The translations under genes were made by a program, and so were the position numbers. A stretch of 62,140 nt of DNA, counting the filler, from Bonamia ostreae (Eukaryota), in assembly GCA_040357525.1 (NCBI GenBank). It is 28 parts of 28 records of this genome, joined end to end, with 100 filler letters (N's around TTAATTAATTAA, not from the genome) between each part and the next. Parts side by side here need not be neighbours in the genome. Positions count along the whole stretch, not along the records: positions 24,619 to 26,741 come from JBDODL010001029.1; positions 26,842 to 28,962 come from JBDODL010001030.1; positions 29,063 to 31,183 come from JBDODL010001031.1; positions 31,284 to 33,403 come from JBDODL010001032.1; positions 33,504 to 35,622 come from JBDODL010001033.1; positions 35,723 to 37,839 come from JBDODL010001034.1; positions 37,940 to 40,054 come from JBDODL010001035.1; 21 more parts are not named here. One strand, given 5' to 3'. The notes under the pieces are model-generated. The model saw only the letters and a program-made list of their open reading frames with translations. It ran no database searches and was not told the origin of the DNA. Each line of letters opens with the position of its first letter. Position 1 is the first letter of the stretch. This document shows positions 26,220 to 38,672 of the stretch, piece by piece.

Positions 26220-27521
26220 TGACCTTTAAATTTTAGTTGCTGAAATTATATGAGTTTAATTTTAATTGAGTTTTGTAATATTTAGCAGAATATGCTTATT
26301 TCACAGTTTTTACAAAACATACTAATATTCAAAGGATTGAGTTTGTAATGTGGCTTGGACAATTTATTTTTTTGAGTGATAAGTGTTCATATATTTATTT
26401 TGATTGCTTTCTTTTGGAAATGTAACATAAGTCGTAGGTTGTTTTTTCTAAACCTCAATTAACATGGACAAATCTTTTAAAAAGGTCATCCACCATTCCC
26501 TCGATATATAAAAATTTTCGAAAAGAGGGAGAATACGATTGTAAAAATCGTTTCGTAAAAAACTTATTCCGAAGTTATACCTCAAAACCGAAAAATGATT
26601 CTGACGAAGATGTTTAGAATAATAATCGGCACATTAATAATACAAAGATTTGGTTACTTGGGGGGGGGGGGGGGGGGTAAATGCGAAAAAATTTTTAAAA
26701 ATTATTTTTTGGATTTAACAAAATTTTTATTTTTTTTTTATNNNNNNNNNNNNNNNNNNNNNNNNNNNNNNNNNNNNNNNNNNNNTTAATTAATTAANNN
26801 NNNNNNNNNNNNNNNNNNNNNNNNNNNNNNNNNNNNNNNNNAAATAAATACTTTCTTTAAAAATTTGAAAAATTCTGAGAATAATTTTTTAAAGGATACA
26901 AATTAAATGATTTTAATCTTAAGTTGTCCCCGTTGACTAAAAAGGGCAGAATTTTAAATTTGCATCAAATCTCAAAAAGCTTAACCCCCCCCCCCCCCCC
27001 TCCAAGTGCACCTTTACCCAATCTTCTTCTCTCCCTTTCCAAACTTCCATCGAAGAAGGTTTGCAGTAGGGTTCTAAACTTACGACATGGTCAATTTCTG
27101 CAGAAAAGGATTCCCGACAAACTACTAAAAACAAGATCGCTACGTTTAGTAAACGGAAGCGATTTTGATAACTTTAAAAGCGGGCAAGTTAAATAAACTA
27201 ACTATTCAGGGATAACATTCAACGATAAATTAATTTCACGTCCAACACCAATAATTGCTCGACTTCAATGCAGAAAAACAGATATTTGTCGGAAAAACAG
27301 ATCAACAAAAAGACTGAACTCCCCCATGCAACAAAACGAAAAAATTTGGCAATTTCTTTATCATAAATTTTTATCTAGAAACGATTAAAATGCTAAGACG
27401 ACATATTTTGAAACTAAGCGTCGCCCTGCCCACAAAAGACGAAATATAAACTGGAGAAATTAGTTCAATAAATCCCAATTGAGCAAAAAATTAGTTCAAT
27501 ATGACAAGACCAAAAAGTAAT

Positions 27522-28316
27522 TTATGTATCGTCAAAAAGATCGTGCATAGAAGTAAACTTCTCATGCGCTGTGTCAATTTTTTCTCGAAGCACTTTCAAG
27601 GCCGTTCGAACAAGTTTTTCGGGGGCCATTTGACCCATCGATTCAACTTCCATTTCAAATTCCGTCGGCGCGTTTTCGCCGCTGTCGTTGCCTTCTCCGC
27701 CTTCGTAATTGAATTTTACGAAAGCCGGAGACCACTTCGAATGTTCTTTTCCGATACCTCTTCTGGCAACTAGAACTATTTCCAGTTTCTGGTTCGGACC
27801 CAATTTTGCAAGAATGGTCCCTTCTCCTTTCGGAGCATCGGCGTCGAAGATTTTGACGCTGTGGCCCTATTTTACGGTGAGCTAACGAAACCGGTTGTTC
27901 TCGCTTCGACTCGTTTTTGATATCTCCGCTGTACACCAAAAGCTTGTCTCGCTGCGCCCGCACTCTTAACTTGAAACACACCTGGCATTTTGGGCAGGCC
28001 CCTTCGCATGAGCATTGCTACCGAGTTTGCTATAAAACTTCGGGGATGTTGAACTCTTCGATGTTGTCGCATTGAAGAGGAACCAGTCCCAATCGGTGGG
28101 CTATCATTTCGTCACTGAGGAAACTGGTGTTTTCGTTGATTTCGGCGGAATCGAATGCCAGACAAGGAATCTAAAAATCTGGCTTAGAACCTCAGAAATC
28201 AGAATCCGCCTCAGTCCGTTTGCGATGCTGTGGTTGGTTTCAAACATTTTAAAGCGAATCGAACTACTGTTCAGTTCCAGTATCTTTATTTTAGGGTATT
28301 TGCTCGGCGTGTCCAT
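27522..28316 (-). CDS. RPB3: RNA polymerase II subunit RPB3, complete, 3 micro-introns (28171-28190, 28018-28038, 27867-27891)
   Basis: [35 protein letters not shown], zinc motif [10 protein letters not shown] and [12 protein letters not shown]. The frame is restored by 20-, 21- and 25-nt GT-AG introns. Confidence 0.92.
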
Positions 28317-29399
28317 TTAGCAGCGTTGCGTCTAAATTAGTTAAACTTGGCTAATTGCGTTGATATTGCTAATTACGTTAAACTTGGCTTATTAGTTAAA
28401 CTAGTTACGTCGAAAAATAATGAAAATTAGGCTTCGTAATGGAGCTTTTTAGATTTGTGCATAAATCTGGTAATCGATGAATTATTTTTCGAGTCACTAA
28501 CAAAATTTTTTTCTAGTTAATTGTGATTTAATCAAATCTCTCCACTTTTAGCAGATATGTAGACGCTTCGTTAACGCAAATATGTCGTATTAGCATTTTA
28601 GCAATTTCTAGATTTGTTATTTTTCAAATTATTTTTTTCTTTGTATATTTGCAAATTATATTTTTCGTTGGTTTTCGAAAAATTATATTCTCGCATCCGA
28701 TAATTAAATTATAATTCGAAAAATTATATTTTCATTTAACGCTCAAAAAGTAATATGTACCCAGAATTGATAATTACCAAGATCTAGTTAAATGATTCTT
28801 TACTTCACTCGAATTTGTTAACAAGATGAGAATTTTTAAATTAAGTAAGATGAAAAGTGGGCCTTCTATGACACTTCTCTCGCGAGAAGCTCTGATTGAG
28901 AAGCCAGGGGTCATACAACTCTCAAAACAACTTAAATTAATTTCCCGCAGTTAGTGTCCTGANNNNNNNNNNNNNNNNNNNNNNNNNNNNNNNNNNNNNN
29001 NNNNNNTTAATTAATTAANNNNNNNNNNNNNNNNNNNNNNNNNNNNNNNNNNNNNNNNNNNNTCCGGGTCGGGTACACGTTCTGGAACAAGTTATATTCG
29101 TACTGTGTTGTTTGTAGCAGAGAATTCTTTTTTCTAATCAAGAAGTTTTGTTTTGTATAGGAAATGACTTTCTTTGATAAGGTTCAATTTTGACATTATG
29201 TATTGTTTTCATATAATTCAGATCATATCATTTAAATGAAAAAAAAAGTTTCAGAAATAATATAAGACTGACCTCTGGTATTTATTCAAATGAAAATATT
29301 CTAATTGATTGAAATATCTCCATATGTTGAATTTTATTGGCCATTCATACTACTTGTATCTTTATTGCTTCAGCGATATTCTCCAAGAAATACAGTGCG

Positions 29400-30093
29400 A
29401 TGAACAAAGCTGGAATATTTGTTTTCTTGCTGTTTGTTGTTTGTCTGGCGGCAACACAGCCACAAAAGTCTGACAGCCTTCCCATGAAAAGATGCAGCAA
29501 CAATTGGTTGTGGGTTTGGTGTAGAAGGGTAAGTATTAAGTAATATATTATAACTGTAAAAACTGGGGAAAAGGTTCATGGCAAACCACCAATAATGTTT
29601 GGTGTTTTAAAGAAACCTAGTACACGAATAAATTTAATCGAAATCAAACCTAGGCCGTAATAATAGGTAGTGGTTACTTCTACACCAAACGCTTGTCAAT
29701 TAGAAGTGGGAGTCGTAGACCATTCGGATGAGACCTTAAAACAGAGGTCCTGTGGCATGCGTTGGCACGTAATAAAACCCTAACTGCTACGGCCCTGAGC
29801 GATATGCCTTACTTTTATTTTTATTTTTGGCATTTCACCTGCAACTGGAGTCTTTTAGATATGTGTGAAACATTCTCGAAGGGACGCAAAACACCAAACA
29901 AACACTATTCATTCTTCCATTGAATATATCTTTCAGCGTGATGGTATGAAATCCGAGGGAACACTACCTTGTGACTTTGGTGTCTTTGACACCAACCATG
30001 ATGGGGCCATCAGCCTCGAGGAATTTCAGCGGCACGTGGCTCCAAAATCGAAGTCATTCACAGAGACCATTTTCTTCCGAATGGATGCTGATG
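29400..30093 (+). CDS. Host secreted precursor: signal peptide + KR-CSNNWLWVWC-RRR peptide + EF-hand C-terminal region (exons 29400-29528, 29937-30093; partial)
   Basis: Hydrophobic signal peptide, GTAAGT donor, pyrimidine-rich TTTCAG acceptor at 29936, and EF-hand DTNHDGAISLEEF preceded by LPCDF. Confidence 0.7.
29640..29902 (+). mobile_element. 5'-truncated copy of the same SINE family, inside the intron of the peptide/EF-hand gene
   Basis: TCAAACCTA, AAACGCT, TTAGAAG, TTCGGAT, GGTCCTGTG, GGCACG and CACCT..AACTGG are shared with 23190-23500, followed by an AAAC tail. Confidence 0.7.
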
Positions 30094-31435
30094 GTATTTA
30101 ATATTACATCTTTCAACTTGAAATGTTCTAGGGTTTTGGTGCCACGCTCAACTACTTGACCAAGTGCAACATATAGTGCACCCTTTGCATGATAAAAATC
30201 AATCTTGAAATATTAGTTGCCCTTAGAGATTGAACTTGGAATATGTGATACGTTAAATCTGATAGGTATTTTGAGATAGACTTGTTCTTAGTTACTAAAC
30301 AATGATCTACGATTTAATTCATGATGGATTATCCAAAATGTCCAAAATATCCAAAATCCAAAATGGGGGCCATTAAAGGCCCTTATTTTGAGTTTTCCTT
30401 TATGGTAATAGAATTTATAATTGTCCTATAATTGTTTCCGGGTCGCTAGAGAGCAAATACTGATTTTAGAAAACTGCAAATTTATTGTCAACCTATGGGG
30501 CCCTTACCGTTTTACCATCAGAACTGGCTTAACTCATCAGGGATTTACGTGTTCGAACATATTCCGACTCATTGTACATCAACAACAGTGTTCCGGAAAC
30601 TGCGACCGAGGAAATGAATAATTAATTCAACTTGGGTTTTACTGAACTAATAATTTCAAAATATCATTTTATATCATATCTCAGTTTTATTCTCTTTGTT
30701 TTGTGAATCAACCCTTTGGACGAATTTTCTTTGAAAACCCTAATTTTGTTAAAATTTGTCACAATAATGTGGTTTTTTGCAGTTTCGTCATCAGGCAAAA
30801 AATCGCTTACTTGTACAGTAATATTTTACACTTCAAAGTAAAACAGACTGTTGGTGTTTTATTTCTAATCGGGGATGTTGGTTTTCGAATAGGAATTTCA
30901 ATTCTCCTTTTTTAGGAAGGGGGTGGGTTCAAGATTTCGATTATTCGTGCTACATGTACCTTTTTATGTGAAATATCTCACAATATTATCCTGTATAGAT
31001 GTAAATATGCTTACTTAGATATCAACATTTTATTCAACAACAGCCGACGCTGCCATAACGGAGACAGAGTTCAAAGACAGTTTACCAACTCTAAGGGCCC
31101 ACAAAATTGCCGACTGCTAATCTCTTTTGGGTAATTATGATTTATGAATTGTCATAAAAGGCGTGTAAAACGATGCAACATTGNNNNNNNNNNNNNNNNN
31201 NNNNNNNNNNNNNNNNNNNNNNNNNNNTTAATTAATTAANNNNNNNNNNNNNNNNNNNNNNNNNNNNNNNNNNNNNNNNNNNNGCTGAAATATTGAAGTC
31301 TAAATTTGAATCTATTCAATAATTTCTGTCCCAAAAACAAAGTGACCTGAAAAAACTTAACTAAATCGATGGAATAAGATAAAAAACTAAATATTCAACA
31401 AACAACAAAAGTTGAAGACCACATTGTTTATTAGA

Positions 31436-32756
31436 TCATCCCAAATAGCAAAACGTAACAAGAATGACAATCGAAAGAAAGTGGAAAGTCGATAATTGGG
31501 AAAATGCTCCGGAAATATTTTGTGGCACGCAGCGAGGACTTCCGACCCAACTTTTGTTCACGCATTTATAAAATCCCACAACATTGAAGCCTGCGACGCA
31601 TTTCAGGTTCATAAACTCTCCTTCGTTCGTCACATTTTTCGGGATTTGAATTAATCCTTTGACATCCGGCCCTTTCCCGGTGCAAAAACAATTGCAAGCG
31701 TCAACAGATTTTATGCCGGTGTCGGTGCACCAAACAGAACCTTTTTGAGTGTTGTTACATCCGGCTTTGCAAATGTACGAGTTGTATTTGATCGCTGTCC
31801 TGTTGATTTTTTTGTAGTCTGTGCTCGGTTTGACTCGTCCCGAAAATTTCGAGCTGTCACAAACTAAATATTTTTCTTAAAACTATCGCAGAATTCTGGG
31901 ATGTTCGCCTCGTAATCGAAAGCCCCGTTTATGCAAGTGATTTGTCCAAAGTTCTTGCGATCTTTCCTGCAATACGAATTTTGTAGATAATCTCTAGAAG
32001 AGACAAAATTGGTCGTCCAAGACTGTGTTGTGTACAAGCCTTTGGAGAGCTTGTCGATGCCGCATGCTTTGTTGGAAGACAAAGAACTGCAGTTTGATTC
32101 AGTTATTTTGCTGTTCTGGCATTCCATTGTTTCCAGATCGTACGTTGGGCTAGTTTTAGATTCGCAGCCCGAGTAAGCGCTGCTTTTGTTTTTGATGTAC
32201 TTTATAAAGTCGGCTCTAAATAAAGGAGCGGGCAGAGATTCTGGAACTGTGCAATGAGCGGGATTAAGGAGTTTCCAATTAGCAATGTCTTCGAAATTTT
32301 TTTGTTGGCGAAAATTTGTTAAGAATTTTAAAAAAACAGTGAAAATCGCACGGAAATAAAATTTATTAAATTTGAACAATTTTGGAATATTTGCAAAAAA
32401 AACAGTTTAAAATTAAAAAAATGACTATTTGGGAAACCAACACAAGACATTCCAAAATTATCGCCATAGATCGTTATCAAAGTTTCTTGCAACGCATAAT
32501 ACAGAAAATCGACAATAAACTCATTTGCATTTTTATTGATTTTAATTTTATTGGTCAAATCAGAACATCTAAAAACGACTTCATCCGAAAAGTCTGTGTT
32601 CGCATCTTCAACTTTTGTAAATCCTTTTGATAGAAATTCTTCCCTGGTTTCTTTTAATTCACGTGGAAAATATTTAAAATCGAATTCTGTTGTCAAATTT
32701 TTGATTTTGTGGGCGTTATTGAAGATCAATAGCAATTGAACTATTCCAATAATCAT
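31436..32756 (-). CDS. Cys-rich surface protein with sushi/CCP-like modules, signal peptide and C-terminal hydrophobic (GPI-like) tail; complete, introns 32289-32437 and 31864-31883
   Basis: MIIGIVQLLLIFNNA N-terminus; GQITCINGAF, YICKAGC...GSVWC and LKCVAGFNVVGFYKCVNKSWVGSPRCVP modules; ends SGAFSQLSTFHFLSIVILVTFCYLG*. Confidence 0.7.
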
Positions 32757-33503
32757 TTTTCTGTTTTTAAGTTTGTTGGTTTGCAAATATCCGTTTTTAG
32801 AAAAATATAACATAAAAAAATTCTTTTTATCGTTTTAACTGGTTACAAATAATATGCGATAATCTTTGATGTATCTGTATTGAAAAAACTAACAAAAACT
32901 GATAATAAAACTGATAAAAAGAATATTCAGATTATTAATGGAGTCAATCAAATTTGATAAATTTTTATTTTCAAAAGTCAAAATTTCGGAAAATTTAAAT
33001 CAATGAGACAAATTTTTTTCGGAAAATTTTTATTCCCCTTCGCAAGAAAGATTTGCTCGCAAAATTTAAAAAACTTGAAAAATATTAAAACTGACAAATT
33101 TTTTTCTGAACAATTCCATCTTTTGCAATTGGAATAATTTTTTGTTATATCTCTTGATAATTGTCAATGTTAAACATTTTTTGTTCGAGTTTGTTGTAAT
33201 TTCTTATCTTTTTTGGAAATGGATATTTTGTTTATTGACGAAAACATTTCTTTTTTCTGTTTTTAGTAAATATTAACTTTTTCTGAAGCCATTTTTATAA
33301 TTAGAAAATAACTTTTTCTCTTCGTTGTTATTTTAAAAATAAAATGATCAAATGTTTCCAAGCCATTTAATAACTTTTTCTGAAGCCATTTTAAAAAATA
33401 ATCNNNNNNNNNNNNNNNNNNNNNNNNNNNNNNNNNNNNNNNNNNNNTTAATTAATTAANNNNNNNNNNNNNNNNNNNNNNNNNNNNNNNNNNNNNNNNN
33501 NNN

Positions 33504-35622
33504 GACTTCTAGCTATCATCAATAGAGTTTTAGTGTTGATTTTCGAGTACTGTCTCGATAAGTACTTTATGAACGATGCTTTCTTTCTCATATTGATTGC
33601 GCAGTCATTGATATGGGATTTAAAGGTGAGTTTGTCATCGAATCTAATCCCCAGGTAATTATGTTCTCGTACTATCTCAATGTTGAAGCTGTCAAATTCG
33701 CAAGTCCTGTCGTTTGTTTTCCTTTTTGTGGAAAAGTACATTGCTTTCGTTTTCTCTTTGGACAGGACCAGGCCCAATTCTTCAGCTTTTCTTAGCATAT
33801 CGCGCATATCTGTCTCGAGTGTTGATGTGAGATGATTAACGCTATTTCCATGGGCATAGAGGACAATGTCGTCTGCGTATCCTAGGCTGTTATTGTCGTT
33901 TCTAAGTAGCGGCGCAGAGTATATGTTAAACAGGAAGGGAGATAATGGGCTCCCTTGTGGAACTCCTTTTTCAACCACGTAGTCTCCTTTGATTGACCCG
34001 TTCAGTCTTATTTTGCACCATCTGTCTCCTAGGAAGAATTTCAGGAAACTTATCTCCTTCCTGTCTTCGATAATATTTTCGAGTTTATCGATCAGTATTT
34101 CTCTACGCACCATGTCGTATGCTTTCGTCAGATCTACAAAGATAGCGAGAGTCGATTTTCTTTTATGAAGGTTGCTCAAGATGTCGCTTTTTAACAAATG
34201 AAGCGGTTCTGCAGTCGAAAGTCCTTCGGTGAACCCAAATTGGTTTTTCGGTATGACTTTCGTTAATATGTTCTTCGAGCAAAGTCTTCTTAGCATCAAC
34301 TTTTCAAAAATCTTTCCGATTATTGGCAGTAATGCAATTGGACGCAGATTCCCTGTATTGATTTTTCTGTGTCTTTTTGGAATTGGCACTATTATGGCTG
34401 TTTTCCATTCATCTGGGTACCATTCGCATTCCAACATTTCGTTGAATAGTTCTGTCACGTTTTTTATGGCGAAATCAGCTCCGAGTCGAAGCATAAAGTT
34501 GCAAACTCCGTCGATTCCTGGAGCTTTATTCGTTTTTAGCGTTTTTATGATATTTGTCGTTTCTACAGTATCGAAGTATGTTCGGACACACGTAGGTATT
34601 TTCGGAATTATTAGTCGCTTCTTCTCTGGAGATTTATCATTTTTGATATAGTTGAATTGTCTCGCAATATCTTCACTTTTTATGCTCTCTGGCAGTTTTT
34701 TCATCGATTTTTTCGTACCCAAAATGCAGCGTGTTATTTTATGAAGTTCTGATTCCTTCAGGTTGCTGATCTTGTTCCAAAATTCCTTTTTCGCTTTTCT
34801 ACACTCTTGTCTCACCTTTTTGTTACATTTCTTGAGAAAGGCTTTGTTTTCCGCGGTAGGGTTTTTGTTAAATTCGCGATGAGCTTTGTTTCTCTTCTTT
34901 ATCAGTGATCTTATTGAGTTGTTCCACCATCCACAATAAGCATTGATTTTCGAGCCATTACTGTTGAAGTGGCAAAGTTTTTTGCTTGTGGTCAATAGAG
35001 CTTCTTTGAAGTGATTGTATTTTTCTTTAATATTCATTTTGTCTGTTTTCTTGTAACTGTTTTTAAGTTTTGTTTCGAAGTCTTTTTGTGACACCTTCTT
35101 GAAATTCCACGTTCCGTTCATAATTTGTTTTATTTTAGGAGAGTGGTTGACTTCAGCTATCATAGCTCTGTGATCGCTTCGGAAATTGTTCTGCATTATG
35201 TCAAGTGATTTCACTTTTGTTCCTTGATTCCAAGTGATATAATCGACGGTTGATTTACTTCCTTTGTTGTTTATCAGCGTGAAGGAGTTTTCTGGAATTT
35301 TTGTTTCTAGATTTGCCACTTTCATAAGGTTTTTGAAATTAATCGCCCTGTATTTGGCTCTGTTTCTTCTATCCATAACTTCTGGTGATGAAATTGCTTC
35401 TGGCGTCGTGTTAAAATCTCCAAGAACGATTACTTTCTCGTGTTTAATGAAATCAAGTTTGTCGAGGTCATTCCCACTGTTGTTGGGAGGTATGTATATG
35501 GATATGATCAGGATTTTCGAATGGGTAGTGCTGATGTATGCTCCAACAGCTTCGATGCCCTTCATGTTCGGCAGTTTGCACCTTTTCGATTTAATCTTGC
35601 TTTTGATCAGAATCGCGACGCC
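33504..35622 (-). mobile_element. Non-LTR retrotransposon ORF2 (APE endonuclease + reverse transcriptase), uninterrupted across the contig
   Basis: EN motifs SIYIPP, GDFN, STVDY, SDHR. RT motifs KAPGIDG, RPIALLPIIGKIFEK, QFGF, DLTKAYD, GVPQGSPLSP, YADD, YLG. Confidence 0.95.
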
Positions 35623-35758
35623 NNNNNNNNNNNNNNNNNNNNNNNNNNNNNNNNNNNNNNNNNNNNTTAATTAATTAANNNNNNNNNNNNNNNNNNNNNN
35701 NNNNNNNNNNNNNNNNNNNNNNGATTTTTTTGTATCGACTTCTTTTTTTGAAAATTTT

Positions 35759-36670
35759 TTGAAAGCGAAGAAGAGGAAAATCTACGACCAATTCGGCGAA
35801 GAAGGCCTCAAATCGGGAGCAGGCGGGAATCCGGGCTACAACTTTGAAAATTCGGACGTCTTCAGCCAATTCTTCACAAAAGGCGGTGGAGCACGCAATT
35901 TCTCCTCCTTCTCCAGTTTCTTCGGAGGTGACCTCGGCGACATCTTCTTCGAATCCTCCGGAACCAGAAACCGCAACAAAAACACTTTTTCGTTCGGGGG
36001 CAACAACCGCTTCCGACAGAAACCGAGTCCCATCGTCCACTCTTTGCCCTGCTCGCTCGAGGACCTCTACAAAGGATGCACTCGCAAAATCAAAGTGACG
36101 AGGAAAAGAGTGAACGCGCGAGGCGCCGTGGAGGACGAGGTGAAGATGCTGACGTTGGATATAAAGAGAGGTTGGAAGGAGGGAACCAAAATAACGTTCG
36201 AGCGAGAGGGCGACCAGTTGGGAGACGGCGTCGAAGCGGCGGATATCGTCTTCGTGGTGAAAGAGAAGGCGCACGCGCGGTTTTCGCGGAGTGGAAACGA
36301 CTTGACGAAGCCGTTGAGATGTTCGCTGAAGAAGGTGTTGAGTGGATTTGTCTACTCTCTGGAGACTTTGGATGGCCAGAAGGTGAACGTCAAAGTGCCT
36401 TCTTTCAGTTTGATGTAATTTTTTCGTTATTTTTTGTCGTCTTTTAATAAAACAAAAATATTTTGTCGTTCAATCATTTTATTTTGTGAAAAAAATTTGT
36501 GTTTAAATAACAGAACTTTTTGAAAAAGACCAGAAAAAGGGTTGAAACACAGAATAACCGGATATGGAATGCCAATTAGCAAAAATCCCAATCAGAGCGG
36601 AGATTTGATTCTCGAAATTGCAGTCAAATTGCCGCGATTAAACAAAGAACAGCTTCAAATGCTCGAATAA
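35759..36670 (+). CDS. Class II DnaJ/Hsp40 (DNAJB/Sis1-like), 5' truncated
   Basis: KRKIYDQFGEEGLK, a G/F-rich region, LPCSLEDLYKG, GWKEGTKITF and last exon GYGMP...GDLI ending at TAA 36670. Confidence 0.9.
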
Positions 36671-36719
36671 AAGCTTTGTTTGTCATTTGTCATTTTTAAA
36701 AATAAAAATGTAATTTTAT

Positions 36720-37787
36720 TTATCTTTCGAGTTTTGAACACAGTTCTTCAAATTCTTTGTTTACAAAGTGGATTCTTATGAAACTGTCTTCTCCGCCTGT
36801 TGCGAGTCTAAACAAAATTTAAAAATTCGAAAAATAAAAATTCGAAAAATTGGAAAATAAAAAAAATGAAATATTTAAAAACGAAAAAAAATTGAAAAAG
36901 AAAATTAGAAATTGATATTTAAAAAATTAAAACAGAAAATGGAAATGACAAAAATTTAAAAATTTGAAAAATAAAAGACAAAAATTTTGAAAAATAAAAT
37001 TTGAAATTTAAAATTTATAAAGTTTGTAAGAAAATTTGAAAATCAAAATTCGATAAATTGGAAAATAAAAAAAATTGAAGAAAAAAATTGAAAAAAACGA
37101 AAAAATTGAAAAAGAAAATTCGAAAAATTGAAATTAAAAAAAATAGAAATATTTAAAAAAAAAGAAAAAAATTGAAAAAAAAAACGAAAAAATTTGAAAA
37201 AGAAAATTAGAAATTGATATTTAAAAAAATAAAACAGAAAAAGGAAATGACAAAAATTTAAAAATTTGAAAAAATGTGATCTGACATTTTTCCTTCGGGA
37301 GACAAAGCGATTTGGTAAATCGGCCCAAAGCTGCTCAGAACTTTTCCTATCAACTTTTCGTTGACAAAGTCGTAAAACAAAAGTTCGAGTTTTCCTTCTG
37401 TCTTGGAAGTCGAAGTGACGTGTAGTTTGTCCTGTCCGCCGCCCAGAACCAAAACGGGATATTGTGGTAACAAAGCAGCGGCTCTGATGGGACGATCTGT
37501 TTTGATATTTTTGAGGATCGTCAATGAGTCGGTCATTAGAACGGTCGCAGAGTTGTCCAGATTGCAAGAAATGAGCAATTTGCCTTCTTTCGCCAAAGTG
37601 AGATTGATTGCGGAGTTGTCAGAGACATTGACGGAATCGACTAATTTGCCGTCTTCGATGGAGAATTTGCGGATGATCCCGTCATCTCCACCGGAAAGAA
37701 TTTGTTTGTCGAGGTTTGTCCAAAGGACGCTTTTGAATGAGGTTTTTTTGTATTCGAGTTCGAATTTTAAGAATGGCTCTGTTGTTT
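36720..37787 (-). CDS. EIF3I: Translation initiation factor eIF3 subunit I (WD40), 3' part; intron 36808-37285
   Basis: VLGGGQDKLHVTSTSKTEGKLE, FGPIYQIALSPEG and ATGGEDSFIRIH match eIF3i. Confidence 0.85.
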
Positions 37788-38672
37788 CTAGAAATTTTTT
37801 TTGTTTTTGAAAAAATGATTTTTGTTTTATTATTTTTTTNNNNNNNNNNNNNNNNNNNNNNNNNNNNNNNNNNNNNNNNNNNNTTAATTAATTAANNNNN
37901 NNNNNNNNNNNNNNNNNNNNNNNNNNNNNNNNNNNNNNNGAAATTTGTTGCGTATTGATCTAATAAACGCTGCAGGTTAACTTGATAAAAAAAAGTCTCA
38001 ATTTTTTAAAAATGTTTTAAATGAAACGCGCGGGTACATACATCGTGTTGCTCAGTACGTATTTGGATCCATATGTATCTTATAGGGGGGGGGGGGGATG
38101 TTCAGAGATAACGGGCACACGTGAAACTTTTTTCACAACCTTGTAATCATAGATAACACGTGTTTTCAAAGAATATAAAATAAATGTTGTTTAGTGATAA
38201 AAAGATTTTTGGGACACTTGGTAACGCTAATTGAGTTTCTTACATAGACACACAAATTAAACACGTGATGTTTTAGGCGCAATTTTCAACTTCAGAATTC
38301 ACGTTCCTTAATTGTATGTGTAAATGTGATTAAGTAAGATTATGTTCCTATAAAAACGATGTTTAGTCAGTAAAACTTTACCGCTCCTTCCAGCCTTGAT
38401 TAAAGCATCGACGTGATTGAAGCTAATTGAATACGAGAGGGTTTTTGTTGTTGTTGTTGGACTAAATGGCTGAACAATACCAAGACAACACGTAAGAATT
38501 AAAATTAAATTAGATATTCTTTTACAATTCATTGTTTTTTTCTTTGAGCAATATTCCCTTTATTTTCATGTAACGATATTCAAAGTAAAAGTCTGATTAG
38601 CCTTTTTATGTTCATAACTTATCAGCAGTTAGAGGGTAATATATTCTTTCATTTATTATTATTAAAATTAGG

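Noticed and set aside
29865-29936. N-terminal part of ORF 29865-30101 as coding
   Set aside because: It is the 3' tail of the intronic SINE; a better pyrimidine-rich acceptor lies at 29936.
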